Below, piece after piece: positions 37,490 through 51,020 of a stretch of DNA of 64,000 nucleotides (position 1 is its first letter; the number at the start of each line of letters is the position of its first letter). The translations under genes were made by a program, and so were the position numbers. The DNA is from Mobula hypostoma (lineage: Eukaryota): positions 229,526,001 through 229,590,000 of the forward strand of contig NC_086097.1 in assembly GCF_963921235.1 (NCBI RefSeq), in the 5' to 3' direction. The notes below the pieces were generated by a model, which saw only the letters and a program-made list of their open reading frames with translations, ran no database searches and had not been told where the DNA came from.

Positions 37490-38055
37490 CACGGGTCAGA
37501 TGACACTTGGAGTATTGTGAGCATTTTTGGGCCCCTTATCTAAAAACAGATGTGCTAGCATTGGAGTACTTCAGGAGAAAGATCCCAGGACTGAAAGGGT
37601 TAATGTATGATGAGCATTTGATGGCTCTGGGTCTGTAATCGCTGGAGTTTAGAAGAATGAGGGGTGGACCTCATTGAGACCCATCGAATATTGGAAGGCT
37701 TAGATAGAGTGGATTTGGAGAGACTGTTTTAAATAGTGAGGGAGTCTAGGACCAGAGAGAACAGCATCTAAATACAAGGATGTCTGTTTAGAACAGAGGT
37801 GAGGAGGAATTTCTTTAACCAGAGGGTAGTGAATCTGTAGAATTCATTGTCACAGATGGCTGTGGAAGGAGGCCAAGTCATCAGCTATATTAAAAGCAGA
37901 CGTTGATAGGTTGTTGCTTAGTAAGGGTGTCAAAGGTTATGGGGAGAAGGTAGGAAAATGCGGTTGTGAGGGATTATGAATCAGCCATGATGGAATGGTG
38001 GAGTATACTCGATGGGCTGAATGGCCTAATTCTGCTCCTATGTTTTATGGTCTTA
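37490..38055 (+). mobile_element. CR1 LINE 3' fragment
   Basis: cacttggagtattgtgagc...agaagaatgaggggt...ttttatggtctta tail. Confidence 0.85.
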
Positions 38056-38565
38056 ATCAAAACATCAATAAACAATGAGGAACTTTCCACTGATAGATGG
38101 ATTTGAGATACCACTTACTTCTGGAAAATCACAGCTGATAATAACAACTCCACTTTCCTTATCCTATTTCTGTATCTCTTTCTAAAAAAAAAGATACGTA
38201 CTATGCTGTGACTACAGCATGTACATTCATTGAGGATGCCAGTAAAGGTTGGGCAGTAATGCAGGAGGGGGTGTGATTTATTGGATGGCTCTATCAAATG
38301 CCAGCAGAATTGTGGTAGATTAAATAGCTACTTCATCTGCTGTTTGATCCTATGTAGTTCCTGACTAATTTTGAAAATATACAATCTTGCATTTCACATT
38401 TCAACGACTAAGCAAATCTTGCCACGCAATGAAAATTCAACTAGTATTAATATTTTCTCCCTCTCTCAAGCCCTTTTATTCTGGCAATCTCCCCTCTATC
38501 CTTCAGTCCAGATGAAGAATTTCAGCCTGATACATTGACTGTCCATTTCTCTCTTCAGAGACTAA

Positions 38566-38624
38566 ATGCCATGGACCAATACCATTAAGCAAGAGGACCA
38601 CGGACCCCAGGTTGGGAACCCCTG
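38566..38624. mobile_element. Partial second copy of the hAT MITE
   Basis: atgccatggaccaataccattaagcaagagg...caggttgggaacccctg matches 280-337. Confidence 0.7.
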
Positions 38625-39124
38625 CTGTAAGTTCATCTTTATTGCTCTAGCTTCCAGGACCTGTTGTCTCTCTCAATATTTTGCCTACATATCAAATTCA
38701 AGTTGAGGCCTATTGTCATTCAACCATAAAGATCATTCATCTATGGCCAAGGTGCAAAACACAACACATATAGTCACACACAGCACATACAGTCACAAAC
38801 TAATATAAGCACAACTACCTGAACGACATGGCCTGAGGTTGGCAGGTTGACATAAGGTGTGAGGTACATGTTTATGTAAGGCAGTATAGAGTTACTGGCA
38901 CTATTACAATAAAGCAAGCAGTAGTATAAATGTGTGAAACAGCAGGAATAACAGATAAAGTTGACGGGGGTGGGGGGTGTTGTTGGAGCAGAAGCCTTCA
39001 GACAGGGTGTACATACGTACTGGGTGGCAGCACAGTGTGAAGAAGTCTAATAGGCTGGGGGAAAGAAGACGTTACCCAGCCTGACCGTTCCAGTTCTTAT
39101 GCTCCGGTACCTTCTGCCTGATGC

Positions 39125-42100
39125 TTCGCAATGTTATAGGGGATTTCAATATGTAGGTTGGAGCTGGATCCTGAGAGAGAATATGTAGAATGTCAACATG
39201 ATGACTTTTTAGGGCAGCAAGTGGTTGAGCACACTAGGTGAAAGGCTATTTTGGATTGGGTTTTGTGTCATGATCATAATGTGATAGACTTCATCCTGTA
39301 ATTTGAGAGGTAGAAGCTGAAGTCAAATGTATCAGTATTAGAGCGGAGTAAAGGGGATTATAGAAGCACGAAGGAGGAGCTGCACAAAGATGACTGGAAG
39401 GGACACCAGCAGGGAAGACAGCAGAACATCAATGGCTGGAGTTTCTGGGAGCAAGTCAGAGGCGCAGGAAAGATACATCCCAAAGACGAAACATACTAAA
39501 AGGAGGATGAGGCAACTGTGGCTGATAAGGGAAGTCAAGGACAGCATAAAAACAAAAGAGGGCATATAATAGAGTAAATAATTAGTGAGAAGTTAGAGGA
39601 TTGGGAAACTTATAAAATCCAATACAAGGCAACTAAAAATGTGAAACATAAAGGTAAGCTAGCCAATACTATCAAAGAGGATATCAAAAGTATTTTCAGA
39701 TATATAAAGAGTAAAAGAGAGGTGAGAGTAGATATCGGACCACTGGAGAATGACGTTGGAGAGATAATAATGAGGGACAAGGAAATGGCAGATAAATTAG
39801 GTGAGTATTTTGTATCCGTCTTCACTGTGGAAGACACTATCACTATCAGCGTGCTATAAGTTCGACAGTGTAGGGGGCAGAAGTGAGTGCAATTGCTATT
39901 ACTAAGGAGAAGCTGCTTGGGAAGCTGAAGAGTTTCAAGGTAGATAAGTCACCTGGAACAGATGGACTACACCCCACCATTCTGAAAGAGGCAGCTGAAG
40001 AGATTGTGGAGGCATTAGTAATGATCTTTCAAGAATCACTAGATTCTAGCATGGCTCCAGAGGACTGGAAAATTGCTAATATCACTCTACTCTTCAAGAA
40101 GGGAGGGAGGCAAAGAAAGGAAATTATAAGCCATTTAGCTGACTTCAGTGTTTACGGAGATATTGGAGTTGATTGTTAAGGATGAGGTCTCAGGGTACTT
40201 GGAGGCACATGATAAAATAGGCCAAAGTCAGCATGATATCCTGAATGGGAAATCTTGCCTGACAAATCTGTTAGAATTCTTAGAGGAAATAACAATCAGA
40301 ATAGACAACAGAGAATCGGTGGATGTTGTGTACTTGGTTTTCAGAAGGCCTTTCATAAGGTGCCACAAACAAGTCTGCTTATCAAGACAAGAGCCCATAG
40401 ATTCACAGGAAAGATGGGGTGGAGTTTGTTAGGTGTGTTCAGAAAGGTTTCTTGACACAAGATGTATATAGGCCTACAAGAGGAGAGACTGTACTTGATT
40501 TGGTATTGGGAAATGAACCTGGCCAGGTGTCAGATCTCTCAATGGGAGAGCATTTTGGAGATAGTGATCATAATTCTATCTCCTTTACAATAGCATTGGA
40601 GAGAGATAGGAACAGACAAGTTAGAAAAGCATTTAATTGGTAAGGGGAAATAGGCTATCAGGCAGGAAATTGGAAGCTTAAATTGGGAACAGATGTTCTC
40701 AGGGAAAGGGGGATACTTGCGTGGAGTTCTGCATAGGTATGCTCTAATAAGACAGGGAAGTTATGGTAGGGTACAGGAACCGTGGGGTACAAAGGTTGTA
40801 ATAAATCTAGTCAAGAAGAAAAGAAAAGCTTACGAAAGGTTCAGAGTGCTAGGTAATGTTAGAGATCTAGAAGATTATAAGGCTAACAGGGGCCATGAGA
40901 AGGTCTTGGCGGGCAGGATTAAGGAAAGCCCCAAGGCATTCTACAAGTATGTGAAGAGCAAGAGGATAAGACGTGAAAGAATAGGACATCAAGTGTGACA
41001 GTGAAAAAGTGTGCATAGAACCAGAGGAAATAGCAGAGGTACTTAATGAATACTTTGCTTCAGTATTCACCATGGAAAAGGATCTTGGTGATTGTAGTGA
41101 TGACTTGCAGTGGACTGAAAAGCTTGAGCATGTAGATATTAAGAAAGAGGATGTGCTGGAGCTTTTGGAAAGCATCAAGTTGGATAAGTCACCAGAACCA
41201 GATGAGATGTATCCCAGGCTACCATGGGAGGCAAGGGAGGAGATTGCTGCGCCTCTGGTGATGATCTTTGAATCATCAAAGGGGACGGGAGAGGTTCCGA
41301 GGGATTGGAGGGTTGCAGATGTTGTTCCTTTATTCAAGAAAGGGAGTAGAGCTAGCCCAGGAAATTATAGACCAGTGAGTCTTACTTCAGTGGTTGGTAA
41401 GCTGATGGAGAAGATCCTGAGGTATAATATGATTAGGAATAGTCAGGATGGCTTTGTCAAGGGCAGGTCGTGCCTTACGAGCCTAATTGAATTTTGTGAG
41501 GATGTGACTAAACACATTGATGAAGGAAGAGTAGTAGATGTCGTGTATATGGATTTTAGCAAGGCATTTGGTAAGATACCCCATGCAAGGCTTATTGAGA
41601 AAGTACGGAGTCAAGGGATCCAAGGGGACATTGCTTTGTAGATCCAGAACTGGCTTGACCACAGAAGGCAAAGAGTGGTTGTAGTCAGGTCATATTCTGC
41701 ATGGAGGTCGGTGACCAGTGGTGTGCCTCAGGGATCTGTTCTGGGACCTTTACTCTTCGTGATTTTTATAAATGACCTGGATGAGGAAGTGGGGGGATGA
41801 GTTAGTAAGTTTGCGAAGGTTGGAGGTGTGTGGATAGTGTGGAGGACAGTCAGAGGTTACAGCGGGACATTGATAGGATGCAAAACTGGGCTGAGAAGTT
41901 GCAGATAGAGTGAAGATAAGTGTGAAGTGGTTCATTTTGGTAGGTCAAATATGATGGAAGAATATAGTATTAATGCTAAGAATCTTCGCAGTGTGGAGGA
42001 TCAGAGGGATCTTGGGGTCTGAGTCTATAGTACGCTCAAAGCTGCTACGCAGGTTGACTCTGTGGTTAAGAAGGCATACGGTGCATTGGCCTTCATCAAT

Positions 42101-43800
42101 CGTGGGATTGACTGTAGGAGCCAAGAGGTAATGTTGTAGCCATATAGGACCCTGGTCAGACCCTACTTCGAGTACTGTGCTCAGTTCTGGTCGCCTCACT
42201 ACAGGAAGGATGTGGAAGCCATAGAAAGGGTGCAGAGGAGATTTACAAGGATGTTGCCTGGATTGGGGAGCATGCCTTATGAAAACAGGTTGAGTGAACT
42301 TGGCCTTTTCTCCTTGGAGCTACAGAGGATGAGAGGTGACCTGATAGAGGTGTACAAGATCATGAGAGGCATTGATCATGTGGATAGTCAGAAGCTTTTT
42401 CCCAGGGCTGAAGTGGTTGCCAAAAGAGGACACAAGTTTATGGTCCTGGGGAGTAGGTACAGAGGAGATGTCAGGGATAAGTTTTTTACTCAGAGAGTGG
42501 TGAGTGCATGGAATGGGCTGCCGGCAATGGTGGTGGAGGCAGATATGATAAAGTCTTTTAAGAGACTTTTGGATGGGTACATGGAGCTTAGAAAAATAGA
42601 AGGCTATGCTTAAGCCTAGTGATTTCTAAGGTAGAGTCATGTTTGGCACAACTTTGTGGCCCAAGGGGCCTGTATTGTGCTGTAGGTTTTCTATGTTTCT
42701 AAGATACTTCCATGGATAGAGGATTGGCTGATTGGCAGGAGACAAAAAGTGGGAATAAGGGGAACCTTTTCTGGTTGGCTGCCGGTGACTAGTGATGTCG
42801 CTCAGGAGTTGGTGTCGAGACTGCTTCTTTTTATGCTTTACGTCAATGATTTGGATGACAGAATTGCAGACAAATTTGCAGGCAATACGAAGATAGGTAG
42901 AGTGGCAGGTGGTGTTGAGGAAATAGGGAGGCTGGAGAAAGACTTAAAGATTAAGAGGATGGGCAAAGAAGTGACAGATGGAATACAGTGTCAGGAAGTG
43001 TACAGTCATGCACTTTGGTAGAAGGAACAAGAGCATAAACTATACTCTAAATGGGCAGAAAATTTGAAAATCCAAAATGCAATGGGACTTGAGAGTCCTT
43101 GGACAGAATTCCCTGAAGGTTAACGGACAGGTTGAGTCAGTGGTGAGGAAGGCAAATACATAGTTAGCATTCATTGTGAGAGGATTAGAGTACAAAAGGA
43201 AGGATGTAACGCAGAGGCTTTATAGGCATTGGTGAGGCCTCACTTAGAGTATTGTAAGCAGTTTTGGGTCCCTTATCTAAGAAAGGATGTGCTGACATTG
43301 GAGAAGTTTCAGAGGAGGTTCACGAGAATGATTCCAGGAATGAAAGGTTTATCGTATGAGGAGCATTTGACTGCTCTGGGCATATACTCACTGGAATTTA
43401 GAAGAATGAGAGGGGTCCCACTGAATTATATCCAATGTTGAAAGGCTTGGTAAAAGTGGATGTGAAGAGGATGTTTCCTATTGTAGGTGACCCTAGAACC
43501 AGAGGGCACAGCCTCAGAATAGAGGGTCGTCCACTTAGAATGGAGGTGAGGAGGAATTTTTTTTTTAGCCAGAGGGTCACAAATCTGTGGAATTCATTGC
43601 CAAAGGTGGCTGTGGAGGCCAGGTCATTGGGCATAATCAAGGTGGAGGTGGATAGGTTCTTGGTTAGTCGGGGTGTGAAAGGTTACTGTGAGAAGGCAGG
43701 AAATGGAGCTGAGGGGGAAAATGGATCAGCCATGATGAAATGGCAGAGCGGACTCAATGTGCCACAGGCCTAATTCTGCTCCTATATCGTATGGTCGCCT
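39125..43800 (+). mobile_element. Long CR1 LINE remnant (host) interrupted by another CR1
   Basis: KVDKSPGTDGLHPTILKE, HDKIGQSQH, WLPVTSDVAQ, VRPHLEYCKQFW; sequence is continuous across 40415/42706. Confidence 0.9.
40416..42700 (+). mobile_element. CR1 LINE (second family) nested in CR1
   Basis: RPTRGETVLDLVLGNEPGQV, PGNYRPVSLTSVVGKLMEKIL, MDFSKAF, ERVQRRFTRMLPGL; TTTCTATG tail; 5-bp TSD AAGAT (40411-40415 / 42701-42705). Confidence 0.9.
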
Positions 43801-44284
43801 GGTTATAAGGTGATAACCTGCCTTTAGAGGTACCAGTCAATTTCCAAGTCAAATATTTATATTTTACCACCTTAAATCTGGAGCTGTAGTAATGAGAGGG
43901 AACAAATTTATTATCCTTGGTGTGCAATGGTAAGCTCTCCTGCAATTTTAATTTTCAACTTTTTCACTGCCAGGTTTGTGTGCATGGAAGACTGGATTGA
44001 AATTAATCAAACATTTTGTTAATTGTCCTTCCTAGTAGATTGAGGGGCAACAGTCTTCCTTGAATACAATTATCAACTACATGGAAGGCACTCTGTATCC
44101 AAAATGAGAGTGTACAGAAAGTGTTATTTACATCTGAAATTGCTGCTAAGTTACTTACCTTTTACTTGATTTGCAGTGCAGACTTGCTACACATTCAAAA
44201 GATGATAATTATTGATATGTCTCAATGAAAACTGAGAGGAACCAAAAAACTCTTGCACAATGCCCAAGTGAATTAACTACCTAC

Positions 44285-44443
44285 CTGCTCCATGGCACTG
44301 ATGACCTTCTCCTCCTCTTCCTCAATAACTCTTTTTAAAAAGGCTAGTTCCAATTCAAGTTGTCTTTCATTCTCTTTTAGAGACTTTAATTCTGTGATGC
44401 TATTTGAATGCTGGGAATTCTTCTCATCTCGAGCTGCTTGAGC
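44285..44443 (-). CDS. Coiled-coil protein, internal exon
   Basis: ctgcAG / GTaggt, 159 nt, phase 0-0; AQAARDEKNSQHSNSITELKSLKENERQLELELAFLKRVIEEEEEKVISAMEQ. Confidence 0.85.
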
Positions 44444-47129
44444 CTGCAGTAGATTTTTTAACCATTTTATAATTAAGTTTTTCTAAGTTATAAGCCTTAA
44501 GGATAATAAGCAATTCCAGAACACTTTGACTTCAGTTAATTAAACATTGATACAACTTTCGTCAATGCTAATGGCAGCAGGAAAACGTAGGTTTTGCTAT
44601 AGCACTTAGAGAACAATTCTTCTAAATGAAAGAAGAATTGGATAAATTAACACCTTTTACTAAGTAACAAATTTTACCAGAATACTAAGCAAGTTATTAT
44701 TCCTATACATAATAAATGATTTACTGTATTGTAAATAGTACAGATCATAATAAATGAAATAGTTCAATAATAAAGCCATGGATTTACAATATTAACCTGA
44801 GTAAAAGTTAGGTTAACGTTTTCATCGATGCATGACATGTATCTGAGATGTCACTGGAAGTAATATCAGAAACTCTGCCAAACAGTAAATCTAAATAATA
44901 TTAAATAGATTCTAATCACTCCTTTAGTCTCAGTAGGAAGGAACCAAATATGCCTAAGGAGACCAAAAATTTGCAAATGCATTGCAATATATGCAGCTCT
45001 ATTTAAAGGAATACTTACACAGTTAAGGTAACCTATACGTAAGCAGCTGCTTCAATAAACAATAGTACAGGACAGGATTTCTGAGGATGATGTGACAATG
45101 TAAATAACCACGTGCAAAATTTCAGCCTATGTGGGAAATAATTAGGTGAAGATATTTTCAGATGATGACTGAGATGGCCAAATCAATGAAACAAATACTA
45201 AATCCTTGTTGCAGTCAATGCTCTTGCAAAGTCAGGGTCAGGAACTTTGATTGATGTGTAGGTAGATTCAGAGCCTGAACTGCAGGCAATGACTTCAAAA
45301 GTTCAAAGGTTCATTTATACAACTCTGAAATTCTTCTCCAAATAGCGATGAAACCAAGAAAGAAATGAAAGGATCATCAGCCCCCAAATCCCCCTCCCCC
45401 TCCACATACAAAAAAAAACCAAGGAAGATCAGGCGAAAAACACAAAACACACAAAAAACACGAGACTGAAAAAAAAGTCCACAGTCCAAGTCCACCTCCA
45501 AAACGTAGAAAACCTGGGTAACATTCTCCCTCTCCATAGCAGAGCGATCTCACTAGCATTATAAAGGCAGTCTCCCCTTTCCATATCAGAGTAATTTCAC
45601 CAGCGATAAAAAGGCAGTAGCCAGAGCTGGGATCATGGTCGGGGTCTGGAATACCAGCAATAAATTTATACACAAGCTAACACCTTATTGTTCTAGCTAT
45701 GAAGGGGTTGTTCACTGTATGCCTCTGCAGTCTTAGTGTCATTGCCAACAGCCTTTGTGATACTGGCTTTTATTTAAAGGAAGTACCTGCCTTTATCCCT
45801 CTTAAATAATGAGGAATTGTAACAAAGTCACTCATTAACTTTTAGGGTAATCATGTTTCTTCCTCGGAAGCAAACCTACTCTGAATTGCTCGTGACAGCC
45901 AGCCAATATATCAGTCTTTATTCTCATCTCTCTATCATTATTACTATCCATTGTATAAATTCCAATAACTCATAACAGTAGCACCTGGAGGTAGTAGCAG
46001 TGAATTAACAATATTCAGTAATGACAGCACAGGATAACAAATAACCCAAGCAACTGCCTTTTAACGACAAAGGGTAGTTATGGCACTAATTACAGTAAAT
46101 TTTAGTGTGGTAGAGATAGATAGTGTGGATCTAACTGTGCTTAAATTGGATTTGCAAAAATGTATAATTTTACTTACCTAAACTTAGTGAATCCTTCAAT
46201 GTTCTTTCAGTTTCACAGCTTTGGGAGATCCACAAAGTCGCTGAACTAGAAAAACTGTTACTCATATAAATTAACTACTACTTTCTCCCTCATATTTGCA
46301 GGCCAGAATGGAGAAGAGACAATTGTACCTCTGGTACAATGATATAAAATACAGCTCCACACATCCCCCTCTAGCTTTCATTCTTTGCAGTCCTGGCTAA
46401 ATGATAAAGGTTCTACTGAAAATGTAAAGACAAATTTGTATGTTGTGAGGGTGATTACACAGCTGTTAGCGATGCTGATTAATCATACATAATCTATCTG
46501 AAAAGGCAAGATGTAAAGCCCTGAATGAACAATCAATGATATTCTTGGCATGCTGTCATGAGGGGGGGGGTTTGACAGATGACTAAGGTTAATAATTTTG
46601 TTTAACATAGTCTATATTTTTCCAAAGTTCTCAAAGAAAATCGATTTACATTTTTTGTCATGGATTTTAAAAAGTCAGACCATATGGAAATTCTTGACTT
46701 TAATTTCATGGCATACTGGACTATTTGAGTGACATCAATGTTACGCATTTATCCATCCAGCTCCAAAAGAAAACAAGTATTCTGATTCTTTCCATTCCAA
46801 GAACTGCAGAAATATCACAATACCATATGGAAATCAGTTTTTACAGTTGGTTCCTTGGTCTACTGGAATCTCAATGCTCTAGGCACACTGAAAGTTGGGC
46901 CAAAGCCCACAGCACCAACCAGTGTACTTTTGTGTAATAGTTTTATTTTTGCCCCTTTTCATTTATTAGGACTGTTAAGTCAAAAAGATCTATTCTCTTC
47001 ATGGTTCTGAATCTTGCAGCGAGACAGCAAGGGCAAGCACAACATGCTTATGTCATTTAAAATTGTATTTTGTTCCAAATTTGTAACTCAGCCAGTGTCG
47101 CTGTCTTTTAGGTGTTTTTAAGTATGCAC

Positions 47130-47320
47130 AAACAAGAGAAAATCTCCAGGTGCTGAAAATCCAAGCAACAAACACAAAATGCTGCAGGAACTCAGCAGGC
47201 CAGGTAGCATCTTTGGAAAAAGAGTACAATTGACATTTCAGGCTAAAACGTCAACTGTACTCTTCTCCATAGATGCTGCCTGGCCTGCTGAGTTCCTCCA
47301 GCATTTTGGGTGTGTTGCTT
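47130..47320. mobile_element. Short fold-back element made of two PLE 3' termini joined at the hammerhead
   Basis: Inverted arms 47163-47238 / 47246-47320 (~75 bp) with a 7-nt spacer; centre ttgacattt-caggcta-aaacgtcaa corresponds to the GAAACGTCGACT end of the ribozyme on both strands. Confidence 0.85.
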
Positions 47321-47590
47321 TAATTATACACATTTAGCTTTTAACCTAATTTAACCTAAATGATTAGTAGTAATATCCTTCAGTATACCACTCAATTGAT
47401 CATTTTGTTTTTAAAATGACCTACAAGTAGAGCAAACTTCAAATTGTGCTCTCCTCCCATTTTAGACTTCTCTCTGTATTGGTTTGCGTATTTGTAAAAT
47501 AAAAAGACAGACAGACGTAACACCAGATTATTTATACCCAATATACAGTAATAACTATTTAAACAATCAGTTTTCTTAAACTATACCTAC

Positions 47591-47753
47591 CCTCTCCACA
47601 TCTTGTGTTAGTTCCATCACCTGAGAGTGCAAAATGGCATTTTCTTTTGTCAAGCGGCTACAGTCATCAGCCTCTTTATTTCTGAGAAACTTTTCTTCTT
47701 CTGCTAATACCTCTTGCTCCCTCAGCTTTTGCTGCAGACTACTAATTTCATTT
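47591..47753 (-). CDS. Coiled-coil protein, internal exon
   Basis: ttccAG / GTaggt, 163 nt, phase 2-0 matching the upstream exon; (R)NEISSLQQKLREQEVLAEEEKFLRNKEADDCSRLTKENAILHSQVMELTQDVER. Confidence 0.87.
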
Positions 47754-48001
47754 CTGGAAATACATTAAACCAGTTAACCTTTACCTGGAAGTAAAAATGA
47801 GAATGTACATTCTATTTCTCCTTGGATTATGTATGACATGACTTGAACAAGTAAGGAAATGATCAGAGTCAGAATCAAGATTAATATCTCTGGTGTACTT
47901 TGTGAAATTTGTTGTTTTGCAGCAGCAGTTCATTGCAGAATATAATAATAACTATAAATTACTATAATATGTATGTATACATATATTTATAATCATATAT
48001 A

Positions 48002-48024
48002 TGTGTGTGTGTGTGTGTGTGTGT
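48002..48024. repeat. (TG)n microsatellite inside an old LINE fragment (~47870-48330)
   Basis: 11 TG units seen directly. Confidence 0.9.
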
Positions 48025-48863
48025 ATTAATAAAATAAAGGGTGCAAAAAGAGAGAAAAAGTACTGAGGTAGTGTTCATGGCTTCATTGTCCACTCAGAAA
48101 TCTGATGGCAGAGTGGAAGATGTTGTTCCTGAACCAATGAGTGTGTGTCTTTAGGCTCCTGTACCTCCTCCTTCATGGTGGCAATGAGAAGAAGGCATGT
48201 CCAGGGTGATGGGGGTCCTTAATGATGGATGCTGCCTTTTTGAGGCATCACCTTTTGAAGGGGTCTTGGATGGTGGGGAGATTACTGCCCATGATGGAGC
48301 TGGCTGAGTTTACAACTTTCTGCCTTAGTTACTGATGGAAGTTACTTATGTGGAGTAACCATTTTTTACAGGATGAAAATTAAATGATTAAAGGTCTGTC
48401 ATGTTAAATAAGTAAGGCAGGAAGGTGGCAGTGAAATAAATACACCATATGGAAAAGTTTCACACTTCTGTAGAACAGAGGAAACTACAATTTTTTAAAT
48501 GAGAAAAACCAGTAATTATTGATACTTGAAGGAATTCTGGTGTGCTGTTTCTCAAAAGGTAAAAGCTGAAAACGGGTTCAGCAGTTATTTGGCAGGTAAA
48601 TGATATTTTACGAGGGGTGATTGATATGTTCGTGGCCTAAGGTAGAAGGAGTCAGTTTTAGAAAACCTAGCACATTTATTTTTCAACATAGTCCCCTCCC
48701 ACATTTACACACTTAGTCCAGTGGTCGTGGAGCATACGGATCTTGGACCTCCAGAAAGTGTCCACAGCAGGGGTGTGGACACAGAGGTTAATAACTCATC
48801 AGTTAATAACTCATCGGAGTGATTGATAAGTTCATGGCCTAAGGTAGAAGGAGATGAGTTATA

Positions 48864-48906
48864 GTCATAGTCATAGTCACACTTTATTAATCCCGGGGAA
48901 ATTGGT
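48864..48906 (-). mobile_element. ~43-bp 3' stub of the Rex1/Babar-like LINE
   Basis: gtcatagtcatagtcacactttattaatcccggggaaattgg flanked by GTTATA (48858-48863 / 48905-48910). Confidence 0.75.
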
Positions 48907-49012
48907 TATACAGCTCTCTTTACATGCACATGCAGTTCAGCTCTTTGAGTCATTATGCAGAAAGTTTGAAGTTAATAACTCATCAGTTAATAACTCAGCA
49001 GGGGTGATTGAC

Positions 49013-51020
49013 AAGTCATAGTCATACTTTATTGATCCCGGGGGAAATTGGTTTTTGTTACAGTTGCACCATAAATAATAAATAGTAATAAAACCATAAA
49101 TAGTTAAATAGTAATATGCAAATTATGCCAGGAAATAAGTCCAGGACCAGCCTATTGGCTCAGGGTGTCTGACCCTCCAAGGGAGGAGCTGTAAGGTTTG
49201 ATGGCCACAGGCAGGAATGACTTCTTATGATGCTTTGTGCTGCATCTCAGTGGAATGAGTCTCTGGTTGAATGTACTCCTGTGCCCAACCAGTACATTAT
49301 GTAGTGGATGGGAGACATTGTCCAAGATGGCATGCAACTTGGACAGCATCCTCTTTTCAGACACCACCGTCAGAGAGTCCAGTTCCATCCCCACAACATC
49401 ACTGGCCTTACGAATGAGTTTGTTGATTCTATTGGTGTCTGCTACCCTCAGCCTGCTGCCTCAGCACACAACAGCAAACATGATCGCACTGGCCACCACG
49501 GACTCGTAGAACATCCTCAGCATCGTCCGGCAGAGGTTAAAGGACCTCAGTCTCCTCAGGAAATAGAGACGGCTCTGACCCTTCTCGTAGACAGCCTCAG
49601 TGTTCTTTGACCAGTCCAGTTTATTGTCAACTCATATCCCTAGGTATTTGTAATCCTCCACCATGTCCACACTGATCCCCTGGATGGAAACAGGGGTCAC
49701 TGGTACCTTAGCTCTCCTCAGATCTACCACCAGCTCCTTAGTCTTTTTCACATTAAGCTGCAGATAATTCTGCTCACACCATGTGACAAAGTTTCCTACC
49801 GTAGCCCTGTACTCAACCTCATCTCCCTTGCTGATGCATCCAACTATGGCAGAGTCATCCGAAAACTTCTGAAGATGACAAGACTCTGTGCAGTAGTTGA
49901 AGTCCGAGGTGTAAATGGTGAAGAGAAAGGGAGACAAGACAGTCCCCTATGGAGCCCCAGTGCTGCTGATCACTCTGTCGGACACACAGTGTTGCAAGCA
50001 CACGTACTGTGGTCTGCCAGTCAGGTAATCAAGAGTCCATGACACCAGGGAAGCATCCACCTGCATCGCTGTCAGCTTCTCCCCCAGCAGAGCAGGGTGG
50101 ATGGTGTTGAACACACTGGAGAAGTCAAAAAACATGACTCTCACAGTGCTCGCTGGCTTGTCCAGGTGGGCGTAGACACGGTTCAGCAGGTAGATCATGG
50201 CATCCTCAACTCCTAGTCGGGGCTGGTAGGCGAACTGGAGGGGATCTAAGTGTGGCCTGACCATAGGCCGGAGCAGCTCCAGAATAAGTCTCTCCAGGGT
50301 CTTCATGATGTGGGAGGTCAATACCACCGGTCTGTAGCCATTGAGGCCGCTGGGGCGCGGCATCTTCGGCACAGGGACGAGACAGGACGTCTTCCACAGC
50401 ACAGGAACCCTCTGGATCCTCAGGCTCAGGTTGAATACATGGCAAAGTACTCCACATAGCTGAGGGGCACAGGCTTTGAGCACCCTGGTACTGACACCAT
50501 CCGGTCCTGCAGCCTTGCTTGGGTTGAGACGTTTCAGCTGTCTTCTCACCTGTTCAGCTGTGAAGCCCACCATGGTGGTTTCGTATGGGAAAGGGGTATA
50601 GTCATGAGAGCAGGGTGGGGGACTGTGAGGAGGGGTAGGAGGAGAGAGTGGAATATGTGTTGATTGGGGGCCGACAACAGATGTCTCATGTGGGGGATGG
50701 GCAGGGGCCACAAAGTCAAATCTGTTAAAGAACAGGTTAAGTTCGTTGGCCCTGTCCACACTGCCTTCAGCTCTTCTGTTGCTAGTTTGCCGGAACCCAG
50801 TGATGGTCCTCATCCCCCTCCAGACCTCTCTCATGTTGTTCTGCTGGAGTTTCCACTCAAGCTTCCTCCTGTACCTGTCTTTAGCCTCCCTGATCCTGGC
50901 TTTCTGGTCCCTCTGTATTGCCCTCAGCTCCTCCCTATTTCCATCTCTAAACGCCCTCTTTGTAGCGTTCAGGATGTCCTTAATGTCCTTTGTTACCCAT
51001 GGCTTGTTATTTGAATAACA
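49013..51020 (-). mobile_element. Rex1/Babar-like LINE, 5'-truncated, highly similar to 30057-31776
   Basis: ORF 49947-50834 (MREVWRGMRTITG...YRPVVLTSHIMKTLERL...STGAP), QKFSDDSAIVG; (TGACTA)n tail. Confidence 0.92.

Noticed and set aside
46178..46245. Possible extra minus-strand exon with a strong donor (TAG/GTAAGT)
   Set aside because: Both candidate acceptors give an in-frame TGA in phase 0, and the flanking exons already join in frame; no support beyond splice-like motifs.
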